Source: Squalus acanthias
Lineage: Eukaryota
DNA length: 64,000 nucleotides
Reading direction: 5' to 3'
Assembly (NCBI GenBank): GCA_030390025.1
Contig: CM059431.1
Location: forward strand, 114,392,001-114,456,000
Positions 25,537 to 36,885 of the stretch are shown here, in pieces. Numbering within the stretch: position 1 is the first letter of the stretch; each line of letters opens with the position of its first letter. The notes under the pieces are model-generated. The model was not told the DNA's origin. It ran no database searches and saw only the letters and a program-made list of their open reading frames with translations. The position numbers and the translations under genes were made by a program.

Positions 25537-25730
25537 AAAAAAAGCAAAACACTGCTGGTGTTGGGAATCTGAAATAAAAACAGAAAATGCCTGAAACACT
25601 CAGCAGGTCAGGCAGCATGTGTGGCGAGAGAAAAAGAGTTAACGTTTCAGGTCGATGACCTTTCATCAGAACTCTCTCCACAGATGCCGCCGGACCTGCT
25701 GAGTGTCTCCAGCATTTTCTGTTTTTGTTT
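25537..25730. mobile_element. Penelope-derived mini fold-back element with an HHR
   Basis: 14-bp TSD TAGCTCCTAAGAGA at 25523-25536 and 25731-25744. Inverted arms AAACAGAAAATGC...CAGCAGGTC / GACCTGCTG...GCATTTTCTGTTT. Confidence 0.9.
25635..25675 (-). ncRNA. Minimal type I hammerhead ribozyme, intact motif
   Basis: AGAGUU-CUGAUGA-A-AGGUC-AUC-GACCU-GAA-ACGU-U^AACUCU: 6-bp stem I, 5-bp stem II, palindromic ACGU at stem III. Confidence 0.8.
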
Positions 25731-26047
25731 TAGCTCCTAAGAGACCTTACTCAGTCCAATTGTTAATATAACGCGCACTATACTTCCAAGAGAAAAGAAA
25801 AAAGAAACAAATATAGCCATAAATATAAGAATGTATTAACTCAATCTCCCTTCTCGCCCTCAAACAGCTGCTGGCCCATGAAAAGATTATGGTGTGGTCA
25901 CTTTAGTAACATAGTCCAGGAGCTGTGCTTTTTTTTACTGCAGTCATGAATAACTTTCAGCCTCTAATATATTAATCTTTGTCCATCACAGGCTCTATAA
26001 AAGTAGGTTTTACACCATTCTCCTTTGACGTGTCCAGAAAACATATT

Positions 26048-27675
26048 GGCCTGGATTTTGCCGTAGGAATAACGGTAGGGCTATCAGCGCTCACCGTTAG
26101 TAAGGAGTAAATTGGACAGCAACTTCCGCGGAGCATCCGCACATGCGCAGTTAAACAGGGAAATGAGGAAGTTGCTGTCCGAGTTGCCCTGCTCCTCCAC
26201 AAGCTTCGCTCAAACAGTATCTCGCCGAGAGACTCGGCATTCAAACACATGAAGGGCGTGAAGTTGGGGTACTTACCCACTGCATATCTACTAAACACGC
26301 CAAAAAAAGTTAACACTGGTGCATTCAAATGTGTGTGAATTTTTTATGGTGTGGTAAGTCTTAATTACTGCCAAACAACCTCTCTGGCACTGAAAATTTA
26401 CTTTCACAAGTATGGAGTCGCATTCCTTCAGATTTTAATTGTTGTTGGAGATTTTAAAAAATAAAAATAAAATGCTTTTTTTTACTTTTTCTTTCTGTCT
26501 CTTTTATCTCTCTCTCATAATCCCATCTTTTTTTCCCTCTCTTTATTTTGCTTTCTGTACATGACTTTATATTAAATTAAATGTTCTAACTTATACTTGC
26601 TGGTTTAGACTCTGTGGCCACGATTTTTTCAATGGATCCAGGTTGGGTGCAGGTCAGGTGGTTTCCGGCTTCCAGTCCCGCCCCCAACTGCATCCGGCCC
26701 ACAGACGTGATTTTACGTTGATTGCCCTTGTTAAGCCCGCCCTGCGGGCTTGCTGGCCAATTAAGAGGAAGCCGGTCAGATGACGTTATTTGATGACGCA
26801 TCATCTGCCGGCTTTCTTAAAACGACCACGCACAATTTTTTTTTTGACAGCTGATTTCTCAGTGTTTGACAGCATTGAGGTGCTGCAAACACTGACAATC
26901 ACTGTACAAAGGTGAGCTCTTGCACCCAGGCTCTCCAGTGATTCCCTCCATAGGCTGGAATAGATGGCAGCTGCAGGTGAGGTAACAGAAGCAATCTGTC
27001 ACTGGTGAGAGAGGTTCTCCCAATGAGGTGGCACTGGACATGGATTTCAAAATTTGTTACCTAAAGAAATGTGTAAATGCATTAAAAATGAATTTCCCAA
27101 CATATTCTTACCTCTGAGACTTACCAGTGCACCATTGGATCCTTCACACCACTTCTGCAGCTGTCATCAATGCAGAAACATTACAGCAGACTCACAACAC
27201 GCCACACTTACCTGGCGTGGTGTCCGGACGTTGGGAAACCCGAGGCAGAAGCGGCAAAATTAAAAAATAGCCTGTCAACTACTCTCAATTACCTGTTAAC
27301 TGGCAGGTAAGTGGCTTTAATCCTCTTCCCGCCGCTAGGTGTCAGGTCCATGTGCAAATCGGGGACCCGACACTTGGGAAAATTGTTTGGAGGTGGGTTG
27401 ACGGCGGGATCGGAACCCGCCGTCAATCAAAACTATTTTAACCTTTGACCCGCCTCCAAACCCGCCTTCTCAGTGACGATAAAATCACGGCCTGCGTGTC
27501 TCAGGATTCTTCAATTTGATCGGTTGAGGAGACACGCTATTGCTTGCCATGTTCACACAGGCCCCAGATCCCCTGTAGAGGGTGCCACAGTGTTTTGACT
27601 CGCTAATAATCGCAAATCGCAGTGCAATAGCCTACAGAAAGCCGTTCGTTCGCCACTGTTTGCAAAATCCGGCCC
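26048..27675. mobile_element. Harbinger-type MITE
   Basis: TIRs GGCCTGGATTTTGC/GCAAAATCCGGCCC. TSD ATT on both sides. Confidence 0.85.
26616..27492. mobile_element. Nested MITE: short derivative of the 9172-10987 family
   Basis: TIRs GGCCACGATTTT/AAAATCACGGCC. Shares CTTGTTAAGCCCGCCC and ATTGAGGTGCTGCAAACAC with 9330-9520. Confidence 0.75.
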
Positions 27676-29561
27676 ATTGGGAGGCTTATTTAAGTCGGTT
27701 CTGATGGATCTTCACATGACTACTTTACTAGCTAGCCATCTAGTCAAGTGCTAAATTGCACAGTTTACATGGCAGTTGTAGCGATTTGACACTGCACTGA
27801 TGTAATTAACAAAAAATCAGGATGCGGCTTTGGATAGGAGTTTATTTTGGTTACACGTTGGCTGCAGTAGGACTGCAATTGCTCTTAAGCGAACGCTTCA
27901 AAACTTTAACATTAGCCTTACCTGCAGGGGGTATATTTTGATCTTTAGTGCCTTGAAGCTCTTTACTGGGAGAGCGTATTGGAAATTCAGTTGCAGTCCC
28001 CTCCCCTCCCCAATTTTCCATTCTTTAATTTTAACATCAGGAGCGCTAAAGATGAAAATTTACTTCTGTCAACATTAAAAATGTCACTGGCAGTTAGAGG
28101 TCAGTGGGTGTAGCTCTGCACGTGTGTTTACATATTCTCAGTACTTTCCTCCTCCCTGTAAAACCTAGCAGTGCAGGGCTAGCAGTATAACTCGCAACTG
28201 CCAGCTCACAGCACTCAAATAGTGACTACCCTTCTCAAATGATATTTGCACTATAATTGCAGCATTAAAGTTATTGCAGCCAGTACGTGAAGCCAATTAT
28301 ATCCATCTAGCTCCAGCTGTCGGCACTGACAGGGCTTAAGAAATGCCGCAACTACTAAAAGTTTTTATTGAGGACAAAACCCTCAAGTGTCCTCCTAGCC
28401 ATATGCTCTTATAATACACCCTCAGTAAGGGCATAGCTGTTTTTGCATAATGTTCTACAAACATCAGGGGTGCACATTTAAGATGTGTTCGTATAAAATA
28501 CACGTGGTAATACAATCTCTAATTTACTTATAAAAGTGACAGTTTTATATTTCTAACCAGAGCTTAATCAAAGGCAGCTTACAAAGCTCAGATATTTAGA
28601 TGAGGCTGGCTTTAGTAGACAGATGAACAATTGACTGATTAACATTTGCAGAGGTATAAATGAGGAATGGAGGGCAAAATTGTTCCATATATCCTCCCGA
28701 TGAAGTAGTGGAGGCAGATTTCTTACAGAAATGAATCAGGGAAAACAAAAAGTGAATGAATTCCAAGGTAAGAGATATAAATGTACACAGGCAAAAAGGC
28801 TGAGATGTTAGCAGTAGTATTAAGAATTTTAAACATATGTTAGTTTAGGAATTGTTCGGGGCAATTTTCATTTCTTTACTGCCTCATTTGAAAAAAACAG
28901 GGTGCTACCCGGCAGAAAATAAAATGTCTCTTCATCCCACCCGCTTATGCTTTTTTACCCCTGTTCAGATTTTCCAGGGGACATTAATCCTGGTGACCCG
29001 ACCTCCTATCTGAAGCAGGCAGTAGACTCACGAATAAAAACAACAACCTGCATTTAATTAGGCCTAGAAATTCCCCATTGCAGCGCCAGCCGTTAAGGAC
29101 GCAGTGGTTGCCATTTTGGTGAGGGCCATAGCGCTGCTGTTGCCAGCGTTGGCCTCTCAAATTTAAATGAGCATATCGCGACATCAATCGGCATGTAACG
29201 CCTGATTTGACGCCACGACCTGCTATCTTGGACATTGCCGCACACCGTAACGCCATGTCCTAACTATGCACAGAAAGACGTGCATGAAGCAGCTCTGCAG
29301 AGATGCGGTCAGCACTTCTTAAAGGGACACACACATACACACCTTTCAGGTAAGTTTAGATTTCAGCTTTTGGACGTCTTAAAAATATTTTATTGAAGTA
29401 GTGGATTGGTGCAATACATTTAAAAAGTTGTTGAATGTGCAGGGAGTGCTGCTGGATGCTTGCAAGGCTTTGGATGGTAAAGGAAGGCCTCTGAGAAGAC
29501 AGAAAATGCTGGAAATATCCAGCAGTCAGGCAGCATCTGTGGTGAGAGAAACAGAGTTAAT

Positions 29562-30485
29562 GGCCCTGAATTTGCAGTCGGAGGCGTAACAGAAGAATAT
29601 GCCTCTGAACCGAAAAAAATCCGAAGTTACCTGGTGTCTCTGGAGTTTCGGACTCTTGTGGTCCTGGGCCTGTAGGCATATGCCTACGTAAAGGCCCGCG
29701 TATCCCAGGGGCGCATGTGGTTCGCAAGCGTCCCTGGAATCCTGTGGGCCCGGTCAACCAATCAAAAAGGGGGATTCTTATGATGCTTATGGGGATTCCA
29801 TTTATGTACGGAATCCCCAAAAGCATATTAGAAATCCCCAAATAAATAAGAATTCACATCACTGAACTCCCTCCCTAACAGCACTGTAGGAAAACCTTCA
29901 CCGCACGGACTGCAGCGGTTCAAGAAGGCGGCTCACCACCACCTTCTCAAGGGCAATTAGGGATAGGCAATAAATACTGGCCTTGCCAGCGACACCCAGA
30001 TCCCATGAACGAATTTTTAAAATGATCACATGTTCAAAATTAATTAAAAGACCCTTTAATTAAGCATTTAAAATAAAAATTTAATTTTTTGAAAAATAAA
30101 TTTAAACATTTTAAAATGGGCCATAATATACCTAAACTAAATTTAAATGTATGTGTATGTTTAAATCAATTTAAAAATGTTATTTAACATTTATCTTAAC
30201 CCTTACGCTGGCAAAAGAAGGCCTTGCACCTGCTTTCACCAGGCATAAGGGATTCGTGGGCATTCGCTGGGCATTCGCTGGACAAAAAGCCCCACTCTGC
30301 GCCAGTGCAAATGATTTTGTAGCAGATGCGAAGGATCGGTCCAAGCAGCACTTGACAGATCGCAAGTTCCGGGTTTTCGCGCATGCGCAGCGCTTGCAGA
30401 AACCCGGAACTTGCGGGGCCATTCTGAAGGCTTCCGACAGTGTACGCTGTGCCTACGCTGTCGGAAGCACCGTAATTTCAGGCCC
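29562..30485. mobile_element. Harbinger-type MITE
   Basis: TIRs GGCCCTGAATTT/AATTTCAGGCCC. TSD AAT at 29559-29561 and 30486-30488. Confidence 0.85.
29862..30020 (+). mobile_element. CR1-clade LINE 3' tail, same family as 22426-22780
   Basis: GAACTCCCTCCCTAACAGCACTGT...CTCAAGGGCAATTAGGG...CAGATCCCATGAA. Confidence 0.85.
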
Positions 30486-31609
30486 AATGTTTCAGGTCGA
30501 GATGCTGCCTGACCTGCTGAGTATTTCCAGCATTTTCTGCTTTTATTTCAGATTTCCAGCATCCGCAGTATTTTGCCTCTGAGAAGACCACTTGCTCACA
30601 GTCCTGGGGGGCACATGGAGATGAAGCAGAGGCAGCAAAGGGGACAAGCTGCTTGCAGAGGGAAGGGGAAGAAGCAGAAGAGGAGGAAGCAGAAGAGGAG
30701 GAAGCGGAAGGAAAGATGCAACCCAGGCAGCCCCTTTCTGGCCGCGATATCTGGGATCGAATCATCCGCCTGTGTAACCAATGACCACAACCCCAATTCC
30801 CCTTTCAACATTTGTCCCACACCTTACCTTCCCTCTGTTACTGACCATCACAGTGTCCTCTTGGCCACAATGCTGAAATAAAAGCCACCACAAAGCAAAC
30901 TTTCCAATCCAACTTTATCCATATATGCATCCAATATGACATCAAGAAATCAACTAATCACCCTTGTGCATTCCCTTAGTGACTATCTTGCGTCTGCCTT
31001 CGCCTATCCTAGTGTTCCTACACAGTGCTACCTCAGTGGCTGCAGCACGGCTGGTGGAAGGCTGCTGACTTTCAGTGGGGAACACTGCAGATGGCCTTGC
31101 AGGACAACCTCGAGGAGATGGTGGCTGGGAGTGTGAAATCGAATGACGGTGTTTCTTCTTCTTCTTCTTCACTCTCCTCTCCCTCTTCTTGGTCAACCAT
31201 TGGCTGGGCAGGCTGGATTTCTTGGGTGTCTGAAATGAGGAAGGCATAAGGGTAGGGTTGTGGTGAGGGGAGGGGGTAAAGCAAGAGGTGCATGCTTACA
31301 CCATGTGCGGCTTGTAAATCAGAAGGGATTGTGGGATGAGGGGGAAGTGGGATGTGAAAAGGAGGATAACGTATGAGGATACCAGCCTCTTGTATTCTTT
31401 CAGCCCTGCCGCTGGCCAAGGGCTCAGCCATACCCCTGCCAAGAATGGCCAGCACCATCTCCTCCAAGGGAGTGAGGTGAAGCTAGGATTGTGAGGTGTG
31501 CCTTGTGTTTGGTAGAGATTGTTGGTAGATGAGTGATGGGCGAAGAGGGGGGGTCGTGCATTGAGCAGTGTGCGAGGCTAGTGGTGCAGTTGGTAGGAGA
31601 CGGCTTTTG

Positions 31610-31874
31610 AAGATGCATTCACTGAGCTTGATCACTGGTCTGAGGTCATGAAACTTGTTTGGGCACTGGGGCCAGGTCCTGGGGGGCAACACTCCTGGCA
31701 GTGACTGCCTTGGTGATCTGGTCCCACATTGTGCTTTCTGGAGGGCCTCCTGGACCCCTGTGGGTAGAGGACCACTCTTCCAGTGTTGACCCCCTGCCCA
31801 ATGCTGGAGTACTGCGTGCGAGACCCTGGGTGCCCTTGTTGAGCCATTTGCGTTGGTGCTGAAGCATTTACCAT
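31610..31874 (-). pseudogene. Harbinger Myb/SANT-like protein remnant
   Basis: VLYPQGSRRP...WDQITKAVTARSVA...RTWPQCPNKFHDLR across frameshifts. Confidence 0.75.
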
Positions 31875-32304
31875 TTTTTTACGTGCAGAAGGCAGTTCAG
31901 CTTTAAGGGCTGAAGACTGCCATTTTGGAATTATTTAAAAAAAAAATTCAGAAAGCAGTTAAGCTCTAAGGACTAAAGACTGCCTATTTTTAAATGATTT
32001 TAATTATTTTTTATTTTAGAAGGCTGTTCCCCTTTAAGGACTCGAGGATGCTTTCTAAAATGACAGCCTAGCTTTAAGAAAACGGTGCCTCACTCCAGGG
32101 ATGTTACAGCCTCACTACACTGAGCCTCCCGCTGAGCGCACCGCCTGAAACAGCGCGTTGCACGGTAGGTTCTGCACTGCAATCATTTCAATCAGCAGGC
32201 AGCACCAAAATAACAGTGCTGCCTGCGCTCTTTTTACGGGCGTGAGTTAACCTCGCCCTGCGGTGGCACCGCCCGTTTTTGCGTGTTACCCGATTTCTAG
32301 GCCA

Positions 32305-32715
32305 TAGTGCCTTTAATGTAGTAAATGTCCCAAGGCACATCACAGGAATGTAATCATTGACTACTGAGCCAAAAAAGGAAAAGCTAGGTCAAAGACATAA
32401 GTTTTAAGGAGCGTCTTAAAGGAGAGAAAAATGTGGAGCATTTTAGGGAGGGAATTCTAGAGCCTAGATGGCTGTAGGTATGGCCGCCAATGATGGGGCG
32501 ATGCTTAAGAGGCTAGAATTGGAGGAATTCAGAGTTCTCGGAGGGATGTAGGGCTGGAGGAGGTTACAGAGATAGGGACGAGTGAGGCCGAGGAGCGATT
32601 TGAACACAAGGATGAGAATTTTAAAGTCGAAGCGTTGCTGGAACAGGAGCCAATGTAGGTCAGCGAGCACAGGGGTGAACGGGACTTGGTGCGAGTTAGG
32701 ATATGGGCAGCAGAC
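32305..32715 (-). mobile_element. L2 3' fragment
   Basis: TPVLADLHWLLFQQRFDFKILILVFKSL. Confidence 0.85.
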
Positions 32716-32985
32716 TATCAAATTGCAATCAAGTGACATCATTATTTTCCGATTTCACTGCCTGACTAATGGTACTTTCTGCTTCTGCCCACCAACCATG
32801 AGCAGTACAAGTCTTGAGGCAGCCATTTCAAATCCTAGTTAAAGGAATCCTCGACTGCTCAGGCTGCAGTTGTAGAGAGATTTTGGAGACATTTTTCTTG
32901 GAAAAGCTTTTGGGTTTGTTGCCCTTAAAGGATTTGCTTGTAGATGATACAATCGATCCTGAACAGTTGAGGAGCTTCTGGCACT

Positions 32986-34165
32986 TCAACAACAACTTGT
33001 ATTTATATAGCGCCTTTAATGTAGTAAAACATCCCAAGGCGCTGCACAGGAGTATTTTAAGACAAAGAATTTGACACCAAGCGACATAAGGAGAAAGTAT
33101 GAGCAGGTGACCAAAAGCTTGGTCAAAGAGGTAAAGACTTGCATTTATATAGCGCCTTTCACGACCACCGGATGTCTCAAAGTGCTTTACAGCCAATTAA
33201 GTACTTTTGAGTGTAGTCACTGTTGTAATGTGGAGAAATGCAGCAGCCAATTTGAGCACAGCAAGGTCCCACAAACAGCAATGTGATAATGACCAGATAA
33301 TCTGTTTTTGTTATGTTGGTTGAGGGATAAATATTGGCCAGGACACCGGGGATAACTCCCCTGCTCTTCTTCGAAATAGTGCCATGGGACCTTTTACGTC
33401 TACCTGAGAGAGCAGACAGGGCCTCGGTTTAATGTCTCATCTGAAAGACGGCACCTCTGACAGTGCAGCACTCCCTCAGCACTGCACTGGAGTGTCAGCC
33501 TAGCTTTATGTGCTCAAGTCCCTGGAGTGGGACCTGAACCCACAACCTTCTGGCTCAGAGGCGAGTGTGCTACCAACTGAGCCACAACTGGCACGGTAGA
33601 TTTTAAGGAGCATCTTAAAGGAGGAAAGAGAGGTAGCAAGGCGGAGAGGTTTAGGCAGGGAATTCCAGAGCTTAGGGCCTAGGCAACAGAAGGCACGGCC
33701 ACGAAAGGTTGAGCGATTATAATCAGGGATGCTCAAGAGGGCAGAATTAGAGGAGCGCAGATATCTCGGGGGGTTGTGGGGCTGAAGGAGATTACAGAGA
33801 TAGGAAGGGGCAAGGCCATGGAGGGATTTGAAAACAAGGATGAGAATTTTGAAATCGAGGCGCTGCTTAACCGGGAGCCAATGTAGGTCAGCGAGCACAG
33901 GGGTGATGGGCAAACGGGACTTGGTGCTATTTAGGACACAGGCAGCTGAGTTTTGGATGACCTCAAGTTTACATAGGGTGGAATGTGGGAGGCCAGCCAG
34001 GAGTGCGTTGGAATAGTCAAGTCTAGAGATAACAAAGGCATGGATGAGGGTTTCAGCAGCAGATGAGCTGAGGCAAGGGCGGAGACGGGCAATGTTATGG
34101 GGTGGAAGTAGGCGGTCTTTGTTATGCTGCGGATATGTGGTCGGAAGCTTATTTCAGGGTCAATT
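32986..34165 (-). mobile_element. L2 3' fragment interrupted by a DeuSINE
   Basis: PITPVLADLHWLPVKQRLDFK...GPKLWNSLP, with the L2 tail at ~32986-33050. Confidence 0.9.
33134..33594 (-). mobile_element. DeuSINE copy, full length
   Basis: A/B boxes, Deu core and tail. GGTA duplicated at 33130-33133 and 33595-33598. Confidence 0.92.
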
Positions 34166-34169
34166 TCAG

Positions 34170-34880
34170 ATGTTTCTTGATGGGGTTCCTTCTCGGAATC
34201 CCACTCTGGGAAAAAGAGGAAGAGAAGAGGAGCAAACAGAACCGCAGGTGGTGGGACAGCAAATACAAAGAGTCACATTCAGGGGAATCCTTGCCTTCCC
34301 AACTGAGTATATAGGCCCAGAACAACATACCTGCAGTTCTCTGAGGAGCAGTTCATAAGAAAGCTTTGATTCTCTAGGGAAGTTGTGACAGAGTTGTGTC
34401 ACATGTTACAAGAAAACCTGCAGCCAACTGCTGCAACTAACTCAGCATTGCCTGTTCCAGTCAAGCTCACTGCAGCCATTGAACTTCTTTGCCTGTGGCT
34501 CCTTCCAGCTTGCCACAGGGGCTATCTGCAACATTAATCAGTCTGCTTGCAATAACCAGGTGACTGATGCCTTGTTTGCTAGAGAAAACACATTCACCAC
34601 TTTCCCCTTGGCATCCAGAAGCAGCGGGATAGGGTTCTGGGGTTCGCACAGATTGCAGGACTCCCCTACGTCTAGAGCATCATTGACTGCACCTATATCA
34701 ACCTGCGGGCTCCTTTCATATAAAGTGATGACCTTCATGAATCACATTGGCTTCCATTCTATTAATATGCAACTGATGTGTGATAACCTGCAACACATCA
34801 CGCTTTTCTCTGCCTGTTTCTCTGGCAGCTGTCATACTGCCTCAATCGTCCATGCCCCCACTCTTTGCCCCTGCTCAGTA
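34170..34880 (+). pseudogene. Harbinger (HARBI1-like) DDE transposase remnant
   Basis: YRPRTTYLQFSEEQ...VTELCHMLQENLQP...NFFACGSFQ...QVTDALFAR...IAGLP..IIDCTYI...GFHSINMQLMCD...SGSCH, with stops and frameshifts. Confidence 0.88.
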
Positions 34881-34884
34881 AGTT

Positions 34885-35045
34885 AAGAACTTCCATTTAT
34901 ATATCACCTGTCACAACCTCAGAATGTCCCAAAGTGCTTCACAGCCAATGAAGCATTTTAGAAGTGTAGTCACTGTTGTAATGTAGGGAAACATGGCAGC
35001 TAATTTGTGCACAGCCAGCAATGAGATAAATGAGCAAATAATCCT
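34885..35045 (-). mobile_element. DeuSINE 3' fragment
   Basis: GTCCCAAAGTGCTTCACAGCCAATGAAG...GTGTAGTCACTGTTGTAATGT. Confidence 0.75.
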
Positions 35046-35749
35046 GGATATCGGAGCACTCATTCTCATACCCAGCCTCCAGGTAACGCCTTACAGCAGC
35101 TATTTCTCCAAGTCTCAGAGTTTCCTCATCTGATATATGACAGACATCTGCCTTCAGAGTAGTGGAAGGACCTACACAGGCAGCTTACAATGTGCCACCT
35201 ATGCTGATATTCTAGACATCCAAGTTTAATAGTGTTTATAAGGCTTTCCTGTCATCAACTACTTAGTCCAGATCCTCATGTGAGCGACTTTGTTTGATGG
35301 GATATGATGTGTGTCTATGCTGTGGTCAGGAGGATGGTGGCAATCTACTCATATCATTTATAGTGAAATACGCTGCTCACAATACCATTTGTGAAGAGCT
35401 CATGGTACTTGCAGAATGTCTAGTGAAGGCTCAAACCCGTGCTGCTGGGTTGTCTCATGACCAACTAGTGGACTAACCCCTTTGAGAGAGGAGGTGACTG
35501 GAATTTCTTTTCAGGTTGAGGTGGCTCCAAGATGATGCACCTAATGGTGGGAATTCAAAACTCTGTGACAGACTCAGTAATCCAATACCTGAGCCAAGAA
35601 GATTGGCTTTATTCCAAAGTACTGGTTATGATTGACCAGCTAGTCTGGTTCAATAATTGAATGATGTGGAGATGCCGGTGTTGGACTGGGGTGGACAAAT
35701 GTGAGAAGTTGCACAACACCAGGTTATAGTCCAACAGTTTTATTTGAAA

Positions 35750-35787
35750 TCACGAGCTTTCGGAGCTGCTGCTCCTTCGTCAGGTGA
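35750..35787 (-). ncRNA. Minimal type I hammerhead ribozyme
   Basis: UCAC-CUGACGA-A-GGAGC-AGCA-GCUCC-GAA-AGCU-C^GUGA. Confidence 0.8.
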
Positions 35788-35795
35788 AGAGTCCT

Positions 35796-35832
35796 TCACC
35801 TGACGAAGGAGCAGCGCTCCGAAAGCTTGTGA
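35796..35832 (+). ncRNA. Minimal type I hammerhead ribozyme
   Basis: UCAC-CUGACGA-A-GGAGC-AGC-GCUCC-GAA-AGCU-U^GUGA. Confidence 0.8.
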
Positions 35833-36885
35833 TTTCAAATAAAACTGTTGGACTATAACCTGGTGTTGTGCGACTTCTCAATAATTGAAAGTAGAAGGGC
35901 TGGAGAACTTCCAACTTAATCCCAGCTATCCCGGTAAATTAATGCCCTAATGGGTAGGATGGTCTTGGCTGGATAATCAGTGAGAAGTTTATCAGTGCTT
36001 TGTGATGAAAGGCTGTGTAGTTCTGGCTGGTTAAACTCCAGCAGTATCCATACACACACCCGGATGACAAAAAAAATAGTAAAAATGTATCTCTTTTCAA
36101 ATATATAATGGAGTTTCCCTTATTGATAGTCAGTAATGGAAAGTTGCACTCCATATAGCTGCGCAAGGAATTCTCCATTGAATAAAACCGGGTTGCCTAT
36201 TATTTCCAGCTTGCTGGAGTGTTTTTAATTTACACTTCACTGGCTACATGATAAAATAATTATACTAAAGCTTACAAGTAAAAAGGAATTAATTATTAAA
36301 AACAATAAAAGGTGTCGTATGCTATGCGTGTTTCAAGAAGTTATGAAGTTATCCAGGTATATGTAGATGGAAATGATTAGGCAAAGAACAGTAATTTAAT
36401 ACTTAGTGTTGTTGACCCTATCAGTGATGGTTTCTGGAGAACAACCTTGGACCTAGCAGGGGCATCTTGTTCTGAAGTCAGTAAATAAATAAATACGGTA
36501 GCAATAAGAGAACATTCAAAAACATCCCCAAGTATAAATGAGACTGACTGAAAAACAAAATAAATAAATAAATAATCCAACTTTTTCTTCAGAAATCTCA
36601 GGATATACTTGACAAGTGCTAAAGACGCCTGAGCAAGGCTCAGCTTTGACATCCAGTTGGAGTGGAATGAATATGGAAAACTTGAGTCTGGAAGCAGACT
36701 GTGCTTAATGCTGTACATATGGCATATGTTGACATGGTGTGACCTTGGTATCTTTTGTATACATGTTCCCCCTTGATTCTACCCATAATAGACAGTCATG
36801 CACTATTACAGATGGTTTCAAAATGACAGAAAGGTCAGTGTAACTCACATCTTTAAGTGACAGAGTTCAGGCATATCATCCTCAA

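Larger units (their letters stand above)
29501..30574. mobile_element. Penelope-derived mini fold-back element, split by a MITE
   Basis: Direct repeat GCCTCTGAGAAGAC at 29487-29500 and 30575-30588. Arms as in 25537-25730. Confidence 0.85.
29061..32303. mobile_element. Harbinger-derived element with convergent transposase C-terminal remnant (+) and Myb/SANT remnant (-)
   Basis: TIRs GGCCTAGAAAT/ATTTCTAGGCC. Acidic-tail remnant at ~30660-30785; Myb remnant at 31610-31874. Confidence 0.7.
35662..35880. mobile_element. Palindromic Penelope-pLTR-type mini element carrying two hammerheads
   Basis: Arms 35702-35789 and 35794-35880 differ by 2 substitutions and 1 indel, with a 4-nt spacer. (CA)ATAATTGAA is duplicated at both flanks. 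Confidence 0.85.

Noticed and set aside
34170..34880. Domesticated host HARBI1 gene
   Set aside because: Stops, frameshifts and flanking TE insertions indicate a dead transposase copy.
35702..35880. miRNA precursor or rho-independent terminator
   Set aside because: The stem is long and near-perfect, flanked by a TSD and made of hammerhead-bearing repeat arms. The context is eukaryotic.
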